DNA of 64,000 bases from Pseudogymnoascus verrucosus (Eukaryota), in the NCBI GenBank assembly GCA_001662655.1, contig KV460231.1; one strand, given 5' to 3'. Below the pieces are notes generated by a model. That model worked only from the letters and a program-made list of their open reading frames with translations. It did no database searches and was not told the origin of the DNA. Positions 53,816 to 64,000 of this stretch are shown one piece after another. Made by a program: the position numbers and the translations under genes. The number at the start of each line of letters is the position of its first letter. Position 1 is the stretch's first letter.

Positions 53816-54705
53816 TAATGGGGTTTGTGTTGTATTGTAGCGCGGTGGTGGTGATGGTGATGATGATGCTTTTCGAGATTATGGGTTCGGGATGGATGGA
53901 AGAGATAGGGTGGAAGGAAGATTAGGGGGTGGTGTTGTTTATATTTAAATATCTGATTGTTGGGGACGAGCGGGAGAAGATGGTATAAGAAATAATGAGC
54001 TGAGAGATGGGGAGGTTTAGATTTCTATCAACTTTTTATACCAAATCTACGCACGTATCGTACGCATTCTTGAGTTTCTCAATGAGGGCCATTTTTTAAA
54101 TTTCCTACTTCAGCACGTATGGTCTTAAGTAGTTGCCGCGTGTGGTTTGAAAGGGCGGCGCATGTGGTCTTAAGCAGGCAGCCAGTGAGTCCAAGTTTTA
54201 AAAAGGGTAGCGCATGCGGCTTTAAATTATCAACCTAGGGATATTCCCTTTAGCTTAGTTGCTCATGGTGAGAGAAAGAGATGGAGCGGTACAAGAGAGG
54301 GGCGCAAAAGCAAGGAACCGCTCAAGACCGCACTCGCCGCCCCCAGCGCACCGTCACTATTTCTCGTCACTACGGGCCCTTCTGACCACCAACCCCCCCC
54401 CCCCTTTTCTCACCACACACCTCTTCTCACCACCCCCTTTCGAAAGCTGTAGCGTGCGCGGTCTCCGAAAACAGCTCGGGCTTCTCGAAACAACCACCGG
54501 TCGATGATCTAGCAATTTTTATATGTTATTGTCCTCGTAGGGGCACTTGTCATACTTGTCGTGTAGATGGAACTTGCATGGTCATGAACTATGCCTGCTT
54601 TCTGATTTACTGCTGTGTGTATTCTAAAACATAAATGAATAATCTAATAGATAGATATCATCTCGCCCATCCATCTCAAGGCATCGACACCCAACCCACC
54701 CCATA

Positions 54706-56065
54706 TCACAACTTCGACCCCGACCCCACCGCCACCCCCACCGCAGCAGCCAACCCATACACCTCCCTCTCAAACAACTGCTGCATCTCATGACTCTTAA
54801 AATCCCCAAACGGAAGCACATTCCCCGCATAAAACGCACTCACCCCACTCCCCCTATCAATCGTCCACAGCAGATTCGGGAGTCCGCTCCAGGTCATCGT
54901 TCCCGCCTTCAGCCCGGTTTCATCATCACTCAGCACCAGCAGGCCGCCGAGTCCGAAGTTAAGCTTTGTTGACGACTTGCGGCTCGTGAAGGTTTTGGTC
55001 TCGGCGAGTGCGGCGTTGTAGAGGGTTAATGCGCGCTGCCCGCTGGGGGCGAGTTGGGGGGTGAACATCTCGTCGATTGTGGCGGGTTTTAAGAGGACGC
55101 TGGTGGAGGAGGCGCAGAGGGAGGTGAGGATCTTGAGGAAGTCTGTTGCGGAGCCGATTGCGCCGCCGCCGCCGTATTCGTGGGCGCAGGGGTCTTCGTA
55201 CAGTATGTCGTTTGTCCATTCCACCTTCTCCCCGCTGGTGGAGGGTTTACTCCATACCTTCTTCTTTGCGCCGCGTTTCGTCATGGTGACGAGTCGCTGG
55301 CGCACTTCGGGCTTCAACTCCTGGTGGAAGGTAATGTTCTTTATGCCTAGAGGATCCCAGATGTGGGATTGCATGTAAGCTTCCAGCGAGGTGCCGGTGA
55401 GCCGCATGACCAGCACGCCAGCCCAGTCGAGCCCGGTGCCGTATTCCCAGGATGTGCCGGGCTCGAAGAGGAGGGGGGAGGTGATGCGGTGGAGGAGGGG
55501 GGTGTTGGCGGTGCGGGTTGGGGGGAGGGTGCTGAAGAAGCGGGATAGGAGGGGGTTCATGCCGAAGTAGCCGAGGCCGGAGGTGTGGGTTAGGAGGTGG
55601 CTGGAGGAGGTGTTAGTCTGGGTGGGAATTGTTGGAGTGTGGAGGTGTACCGGAGGGTTATTTTGTTCTTGGCGATGGTGAGAAGAGGTTCATTTGTCTC
55701 TTCGTTGAAGCCGGTGAGGATCTGGATACCCTTTAATTCTGTCAAGATTGTTGAGACGTCGTCGTCTAATCTGATCTCCCCCCGCTCAACGCACTGCATG
55801 GCCGCGATGGTGGTCATGAGTTTTGTGCATGATGCCAGGATGAAAGTCGCGTTGATATCTATCTTCTCCCCTGGAGATTTCAGCCCAAAGGCTTTTTCAT
55901 ATTTGAATTTCCCTATTGTCGGAGGTCAGTTAGTTTAGTTTGGGTTTCAGGCATGTGAATTGGGTTCTCATTTCACGAACCTGCTTTGTCGCTGGCTAGC
56001 AGGACGACACCGGGGAGATCGCCCGCGTCGCAGGCTTGCTGGAATTGTTGGTCTAGGGATGGCAT
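54706..56065 (-). CDS. Beta-lactamase-family serine hydrolase (LovD/EstB-like) with C-terminal SKL
   Basis: SxxK in 'LASCTKLMTT', 'HLLTHTSG', 'PLLFEPGTSWEYG', 'TWSGLPNLLW'. Two introns. Ends GSKL*. Confidence 0.92.
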
Positions 56066-56189
56066 GGTGAGTTATGGGTATGGGTATGGATTATAACATA
56101 GACACGGAGCTGTGCTTTAATAGTATATCAGGTTCGTGTCGGGACGTGGTTACCCCGCGTTTCTTACCCCACAAGGTGACGACCGAGAT

Positions 56190-56214
56190 CCCGCCTCGGT
56201 TAAGCCGAGGCGGG
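56190..56214. promoter_or_regulatory. Palindromic double CCTCGG site (candidate FarA/Ctf1 element)
   Basis: CCCGCCTCGG-TTAAG-CCGAGGCGGG has perfect 10-bp arms and lies ~125 bp upstream of the hydrolase ATG. Confidence 0.6.
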
Positions 56215-56991
56215 CGCTATATATTGAAGGGGAAGGCAGGTGTTGACCATTTGAAGGAGATGACTCTTCGACGATTTGGATGTAGTTGTCGTCGCGATTG
56301 GGTTTGATAAGGGGGAACTTTATTTGCAGATCTATGGCGGGGGGTGTTGCTGACATATTAAAATGGTGGTGGAGATATGTCAGTATCTGGTTTTAACCTT
56401 GCCGAAAAGTGAAGAGTAATTCATTACTCTTATTTCAACGTCGGGAGTGGAAATAGATACGACAGATGCCAGTAATAATACTTCTGGGGAGTGTAATGTA
56501 TGGCGAAGAGAAATTTACGTTTAAATAGAGTATGCATTTATGGGATCTGAAAGGAGTGACGGCCATTAAATTTCACAAAAATCAAACTTCAAATATAACA
56601 AGCACAAATCGTCGATTTACCTTCTTTCACATAGCGAAACTACTGCAACAGTGCTAGTTCGACTTTCCAATGCATGTCAAAGCAATTGACATTATTATAC
56701 TTGCATCACTTCACATCATGTTTTCAAACACCAATGCAAACTTCGGTAATGTGGTGGAATATAACCCCAATTTAATATATACAAAGAATAGACATCTCCG
56801 CCAATGTCCAAAATATGCACATGCCCCCCCAGATAGGCATCCCGGCCATGCAAGCACTGCTAAATATTGGGTTTCGCAGTCTTCTCGTTCGCACACTGCT
56901 GCTAACTATTGGGTTTCGCAGGACCTTCCGTTCAGGTACCGCTTACTCTCGAGTACAGCATGGCATGGGCACTCCCTCTTACTCCTTCACC

Positions 56992-59725
56992 TCACAGGCA
57001 CTGGCTGTACCAAGGATTCGAGTAAGTACAGGTGGTACCGGTGACGCATATGAAACTACCGGAATACGATTGGCCTCCGCATTGTGCGTACTTAGCCTGA
57101 GCAACATTGTTTGGGAGCGCGATGATCTTGGCGGCGGCCTGTTCGGCGGCAATGACGATCAGGGCGGAGGGGTTGGTGGTGACCATTCCGGGGAAGATGG
57201 AGGCGTCGACGACGAAGAGGTTGTCTGTTCCGTAGACCTTGGTGTTGAGATCTACAACGGCGGTGCCGCCGTTGCGGCCGTCGTCGCCGCCGATCTTGGC
57301 GGTTCCGATCCAGTGGTTGGCGCGGCGGTTGCCGGTGGCGACGACCATCTGTTGTTGTGTTAGTAGATGTGAGGAATAGAGGACGCAGGACGCGGGGGTT
57401 ACTTACGTTCTTGACGTAGTCGGCAGCGCTGACGCCGGGCGCTGGCTGGAGCCAAGTGAGGTTCTTAACCCCGCTGAGAGCAGTCTGCAAGTTTTCGATG
57501 CCCTTGACGACGGCGGCGATGTCGTTGGCGTTTTGAAGGTATGGAACCTGAGATACTGCCATGGTGAGATCCTTCAGGATGTTCAGTCTGCCACGGGATA
57601 CGGCGCCACGGCCGAGGTATTGGGATAGAGTCATTGTCTTGCCGTTTTCCTCTCCGAGGGATCCCTCGACACGGGCGGTCCATTGAAGTTGGCGGTTGAT
57701 GCCGTCGGCGCCGGGGATGACATCCCAGAACATAGGGCCGATGTTGGGGGCGGCCTCAGCGAGGATGCCGGAGCGCTTGTTGAGGTAGGCGTTTTTGTCG
57801 GCGGCGATGGGGTTGGTGTATGCCTCGTAGAAGTCGTAGAAGACGACATCGGGGTGAGAAACGACGAGATCGGTGTTGGTGTGATCCTCCAAGTTGTTTC
57901 CAACTGGAAGGGTGATCCAGTCGTCAGACTTGATCATTGTTGGGCCATCAACAGTGCTGGCATTGACGATGGCCAATGAATCAGCTGGGCCGATACCACT
58001 GCGCATCAAGATCTTGGTGCTTCCGAACGTTCCAGCGGAAAGAACAACGCGGCCAGTAATGGGGGTGACCTTAACGATACCGGTGTAACCTCCGGCGGCA
58101 TATGGCTCAACCTCAACACCGGTAATGTGTCCACCAACGCGAATGACTCTCCTGACGGAGGTGTTCTCCCATCTTCCAAAGTTCTTTCTCGCGCTCGCGG
58201 TTACCAAGTACGTCGCCATGGGTCCTCCTCTCTCTCCATTGGAAAACATGAATGGTGTGTGACTGAAGGTCTTGGTCTTCTCGCCGGGAACGTTGTTGGC
58301 GGTAACCTCCTTCCAGCCTCCTTGCTTGAGACCAGCTGCGATGACGTTCTCTCCCTGTTGAAGATATCTCAGCCCATCCATAGACGGGGTATCAGTTCCC
58401 GGGATTCTCGAGAACACCCTGTTGGTGGCTGCAACCATGTCGGCCGCCTTCCATCCAGTGGGGAAGTTGTAGTCCCAATCGATTGGGTTTGGCTTCCACC
58501 ACAATGCAGCATTGACGGCAGTTCCTCCTCCGAGAACGCAACCTGCCATCTGATCAATATCGTTGCAGGCAATACCGGCTGAGTCAACCCAGATCTCGTT
58601 GCAAAGACCAGGAACATCAAAGCGAGTGAGGTTGGTGCCCTCGAGCCACGTAGGCTTCATTGTTCCCTTCCATCTGCCAGAAGATGGTGGCCCACGCTCG
58701 ATAAGGAGAGTGCTCTTTCCGGTCTCAGACAATTTATCTGCTACTGGAATACCACCAGCTCCACCACCAACTACAATATAATCGTAGGTCCCGGTAGGGA
58801 CGGGGATAACTGGGAATTTTGTGGTTGTAGGGGCAGCAGTTCCTGTGGATGTAGGAGCGGCGGTAGTAGTGGTTGGCGGCACTGCCAGCGCAGCCCACGT
58901 AGCATAGTTGGCCTGGATCATGTTGGCGGCTGGGGCACCGTAGATGCCCATACCATTGTCGTGCTGAACGATATCCGAGTTTGGATCACTCGGGGTAATT
59001 GGAGCTGGGAAAGCCTGGGCCCATGCCAACACCAATACACCGCTGGTAGAATGAGTCGTATCAGTGCCGCCGGAAAGATCTAGAGCAAGACAGTTTTGGC
59101 AACGGTAGATCAGCTTGTAATGGGTCGCATTAATAGTGGCTGAGATTTGAGAAAGGATGGCATTGCCAGTATAGATGTTAGGGTCAACATAACCGCTAAA
59201 TTCGTGTCAGCAGGGGAATGGGCCAGCAATGGGAACCTTCTTACGATGCTTGACGGAAAGAGGTCAAGATTTTGCCATTATATGGCCATGCCATGAGCAA
59301 AAGGTTGTTGGTCATACCACCGCCATGGGAGAATCCTGCCCATCCAGTTCCAGCCGTTGTCGCGTTTGCAGATGAACCAATCTAGTCATAATCAGCTTAG
59401 ATTTCCTTTAATTTTCTGAAATGAGTAACTTACGATCATTCCGATATACTCAGTTGCATCGACAGTGGCGGCATTGGCTGGCAATGCCATACCAACGGTG
59501 TACCCACCCTTTGTGAGACCTTGGAGCGGGTTTCCATCGGGAATTGTCTGTGTAGCAAAGATAATTCCGGTATCCGCATCCGTGTAGGTTCCTGCAACAC
59601 CCTGAGCGGATACGCCCTGGAGAACTGTATTCCAATTAGCATTGGGAAATGATATAAAGGCTTCATTAGGGCGTACCAGTTCCGGCAGCAGCCAACGCTC
59701 CGCACAAGTACCTGAAAGCCGTCAT
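56992..59725 (-). CDS. cdh: Cellobiose dehydrogenase (cytochrome AA8 + AA3_1 flavodehydrogenase + CBM1)
   Basis: Signal peptide, cytochrome domain ('[21 protein letters not shown]', 'VQHDNGMG'), T-rich linker, FAD motif '[12 protein letters not shown]', 'NHWIGTAK', and C-terminal CBM1 '[11 protein letters not shown]...NPWYSQCL'. Confidence 0.97.
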
Positions 59726-61458
59726 CTTTACGATTTTGGGATACGAGTTGAAGAGCAATCGTCGAGCTGCTGGGAAATAAATGGGATTAGGCTTGACTAT
59801 ATAGCAGCCAAGGGATTTTTATCCCAGCGACTGCATCGCAATCTAGAGCTGACGCCGGACGAGACAATAATGCGGGGAACGAACCAAACCGTAGCTAATT
59901 GTCAGGTACCAGATACAGCGACGACGAATGCACCCCAAGCACCATAAGCAACAGAAGCAACAGCCTGCTGGCTCGGATCATGTTGCCGATTATTGCCAAG
60001 GGGAGAGATTGGCACGTTAGGAATCATCCAGCCAGGGGCAGGAAAGGAACATGCTGTGCCTGAAAGGCTTAGTCAAGGGTTACTGTGCAGCGTAACAGTG
60101 CATGCTCGAGTACACGAGATACCAAGCCAACTGGCTTGCATCCATAAGTCTCTATTCCCCTACATCCCCTCGAAGGATCCATAGCGACGGGTAATCTACG
60201 CGACGGGCGATGGGATCTCTTCCCCTGCCCTGTCCGTACCCGCACTTAGCTGACGGTAATCAAAGGAAGCATAAGTATGAGGGCAAGTGATATCGGGCAA
60301 GGAATATTATCAGTGGAATAATTAACCAAGCACGATTGGGTGGCGCTAGATGGCAAACGCTGTATGGCAGATTTGTTTGATGTTAACATGACATGTGGGG
60401 TAAAATGTAAATTAGTAGCACAGAAGGACTCCAAGTAGCTTCCATTTCTTCCATTGGCAAGGAGTTTGCTGTACTTTGTGGCAGAGCGGAGTACACTAAA
60501 TACACCGTTTAGGGGAGGAGTAGAGTATTGCATGCAATTTATTCGGAGGATATCTGCCCTGCACCCGGCCGTCGTCCTCGTGGGCGTTGACACTAGAGTA
60601 CTCTAAGTGAACCTGACAGGGCGGCGCCGGGCCATTTCGCGGGTTGGGCGGATTCGGCGGGATTGCGGGGTGAGAGTGCCGCCAGGGACCAGGGGTATGC
60701 CGTACTATACTGGCTTCCATACATACTCCCGTATATAACTCCGTTTAACCAATGAATGTCACGCTAGACGTCAGCGACAAAGAGGAAGGATCGACGACTG
60801 ATATGCGGGATGCCACATATTGATGAAAGCACTCTGCCTGTTGCGTCCGCGTGGCGCCCATAAGCACCCCACAGCGCCACCCAGCCTACCATAACCTACC
60901 AGAGCCCCCTAACTAGGCAACTAGTCGAGCTCACGGCCGTCTTCAATATGGATAAAACCAACACCCACTGCGTACGTCGGCAGGTGATTGAAGGGCCAAG
61001 CCAATACGGTCGCTTCGGTATTTGCGATGTGGAGGTTCCCCCAGAAAATAAAACTGCCGGATGTGGATTCCCCGACCTAGCGGACCGACGCCTCCGCCGC
61101 AGCCTTCTCCGTCAATGGCTGTCGAAATGACAACTAGAGCTGCGGTGCCAAGTTCCACTTCACTAACTATACGCCAGACTGCGACTTACTCTACCTGCGT
61201 CATCGCCTACGGAGGATGGAGACTCCATCATCACAGATGGCTGACGCTATGGTGCTGTTGGGCCTCATCTATGAAGGAGAGTTTCAAGGCCATGGTCGAT
61301 CTCTACGGTATATGGATTGGAGTATCTGATAGAGGGCTTGGTAGGTATTTATCTTCTGTTCTTAAACCACCTGAATATCCTTCTCATTTTTCCTCCTCAA
61401 TTGCCTTTCTACTATCAACTCCTTTCTTTCTAGACATTTCCCGTACCTCTAAGCCACC

Positions 61459-62229
61459 ATGAGAATTTCAAGCTCCCTTGCAGCGGCTACGGCCCTCAGT
61501 GCCGCCTCTGCCCACACCATCATGACCCAGCTGATTGCCAATGGCGTCGAGAATGGTGTCGGTGTCGGCATCCGTGTTCCTACATATGACGGGCCCATCA
61601 CGGACGTTGCATCCGAATATGTGGCGTGCAACGGCGGCCCAAACCCAACGACACCCTCGTCGACCGTTATCGATGTAACGGCTGGCTCGACAGTCCAGGT
61701 GTACTGGCGCCACACTTTGGATTCTGATTCCACCGATGTTATCGATGCATCGCACAAGGGTCCCGTCATGGCCTACATGAAGAAGGTGACCGATGCTGCA
61801 ACTGACACCGGTGTCGGTGGAGGCTGGTTCAAGATCTCCGAGGACGGTTATGATTCGGCTACAGACACGTGGGCGGTCACGAAGCTAATTGCTGCTGGTG
61901 GTACTCAGACCATTGATATCCCGGCGTGTATTGAGGATGGACAATATTTGCTCCGTGGCGAGTTGATCGCCCTGCACAGTGCATCGTCGGCATCAGGTGC
62001 ACAGTTCTACATGGAGTGTGCCCAGATCAACGTCACGGGTGGCAGCGGTGCTTCAACTCCAGAGACAGTTGCCCTCCCAGGTGCTTATTCGGTAAGTCTA
62101 GACTGTTCTATTCTCTTTGCGGACTATTTCTAACTCTGATAGGCTACTGATCCTGGCATTCTCATCAATATTTACCAGAGCCCAATGCCGGCGTACACCA
62201 TTCCTGGCCCTTCCGTATTCACCTGCTAA
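61459..62229 (+). CDS. AA9 lytic polysaccharide monooxygenase (resembles the C4-oxidizing NcLPMO9A type)
   Basis: Signal peptide followed by His1 (HTIM), '[11 protein letters not shown]', 'SHKGP', 'WFKI', 'RGELIALH', 'QFYMECAQ'. One intron, 62092-62142. Confidence 0.96.
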
Positions 62230-63184
62230 ATAGTCTTTTGGGAGGTTTGGATGGTTCTGGTTAATAGCAGATTAGATCAACTAGGGACAGGATTATGAGA
62301 GGGATATGATGGATATATGATGGGTACATGGGGATATAGAGCATGGGCAACTACTGTACATAGTCCAAAGAAGCATTTTGTATTTATTGTATATAAATCT
62401 ACCAGCGCCAATATTATTTATTTGCCTATTATAATCTGCCTGTAACTTGATGCCTACATTATATGCTAAGTTTACTATCCTTACTTAACCTATTGGGCTT
62501 GTGGTTGTTATATAAACCCGATGCCGCCAGTATCACTTGCTTTCTTGTTCCTTCGCCGGCTTTATGGAAAATTGTCGTACATGCAGTCATCTGCCAAATC
62601 CACTTTGCGAGCAATGTGTTCTGTGCATTGATAGAGCATGCGTTACGACGTTCATAGAGCACTATGCATGGAGATACGTGAAGCGGCGGCCATTCATTGC
62701 CACATGACTCTGTCCCTTCAACTAGTCTACTACTCTCAGCTTCACCCACGACAGTGCAGTGGTAATCGAGAAGCCGGCAAGTTTTATCACAAGCATGAAA
62801 TACGGCCAGCTCATACAAGGTTGTTCAAGCAGGCTGATATGAGAGTTAGCTTTGACCAGCCACGAATAGCCGACAAAACTGTGTGAGAATGGGAGCAATA
62901 TGCCCGCAACCGGAGATTTCAACAACACAAAACCTTATTAAATGGGTGAGTTTCATAATATCATTTGGCTTTGACCCTATTATAATACTACGAATGATTT
63001 AGAATAGACTGTTTCTTTGGTTCTCAAGTTGGTAGTCAAAATATTCATGATATGTACGTATGTTGAAAAAATCTATATACAGCGATAAATTACATACCAC
63101 AGATCGCACCAATTCTCTATATCACTTCTCCTCATATCTCGCTCTACGTCTCTATAAAAGAGCCGTTCTCTCAGCTCCCTTCTC

Positions 63185-63912
63185 TTAACCCTGCCAGACC
63201 TCAGGGCCCGGAACAGTGTAAGAGGTGAAGTCAGAGTAAATGTTGGCGGTGTATCCAGGGTCAGTTTCCGCGAACGCCCCTGGAATCGCTACCAATGGGG
63301 CTGGGCTTCCACTGCCACCACCAGTGACCGAGATCTGCGCGCAGGAGATGTAAAACTGCGGGACTCCCCCGGGCCATGGGTTGTGGATGGCGAGCTGCTG
63401 GATGCGAAGGAGGTACTCTCCGTCCGGCACGCTTGCGGGGATCGTGACGCCGTAGGTCAACCCGAGGTCCCAGGTTGCAGCGCCGCCGCTGAAGGTAGGG
63501 CCGATGTCCTTGATCTTGAACCAGACATCGCCGGAGCCGTCGAATGACTCGGCGGTGGTGGGGGCTTTGGCCATGTAAAATGACACGGGGCCTTGGTGAT
63601 AGACGGCGACGTCGGCAGTAAATTCGACTGACGAGCCAGCCGTTACGGCTATGGTTGCACCGGCTCCAGTCTCTCCGCCGACATTGCAGCGGAGGTCATT
63701 TGAGGCGAGGTCAGTTACTGGAGAGTTGTAGTTTGTGTTCTCGCGAATATATTCGTACGCGGCAGACTGGGTGCCATCGTAGGTCAGATATTGGAAGATG
63801 TCTGAATTCATATAAGCATTTATTAGATTTGTACGAGCACTTCAAACTTACAATGGGCGGAAGCCTGTTGGGCAAGGACAGACAGCCCGAGAGCAGCGAC
63901 AGAGAGCTTCAT
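63185..63912 (-). CDS. AA9 lytic polysaccharide monooxygenase (resembles the C1-oxidizing NCU00836 type)
   Basis: [24 protein letters not shown] (intron right after His1), '[12 protein letters not shown]', 'YHQGP', 'QLAIHNP', 'QFYISCAQ'. Confidence 0.96.
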
Positions 63913-64000
63913 ACTTGCGGTGGAGGCGATATATGCGTATTGGGATGACCTTGAGAAAGAATACCAAACACTGGTCGCCTTTTATAACTTATACGGGCGC

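Noticed and set aside
57092..57406. Apparent frame break near the CDH C-terminus
   Set aside because: Explained by an intron (GTAAGT...CTAAC...CAG) before [13 protein letters not shown].
1..64000. tRNA, rRNA or snoRNA genes
   Set aside because: None recognisable by eye. A tRNAscan-SE or Infernal scan would be needed to exclude them.

Overview
Intron-rich genomic DNA from a filamentous ascomycete (Pezizomycotina; GT-AG introns with CTAAC/CTGAC branch sites; Leotiomycete-like by impression only). About 21 protein-coding loci, two of them probable relics, can be assembled: a partial cytochrome P450, NC2-alpha (Bur6/DRAP1), a head-to-head CTP synthase/adenylosuccinate lyase pair, an orphan UstYa/DUF3328 oxidase, a VelC-like velvet gene with an apparent 1-nt frameshift, a RING/RS-rich protein, an HSL-type esterase, a small Cys-rich GPI protein, a TPR/Sel1-like mitochondrial protein, a Utp16/Bud21-like protein, an ABM-like protein, a Far1-like RING-PH-vWA scaffold, a beta-lactamase-family hydrolase ending in SKL, and a compact oxidative cellulose module (cellobiose dehydrogenase plus two AA9 LPMOs). 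The most striking structure is a 4.2-kb element (49617-53815). It has ~510-bp terminal inverted repeats ending in ACGT, is flanked by TA on both sides (Fot1/pogo-type ends), encodes no transposase, and carries an apparently intact 7-intron CFEM/Pth11-like receptor gene as cargo. Exon boundaries were read by eye and no database searches were run.
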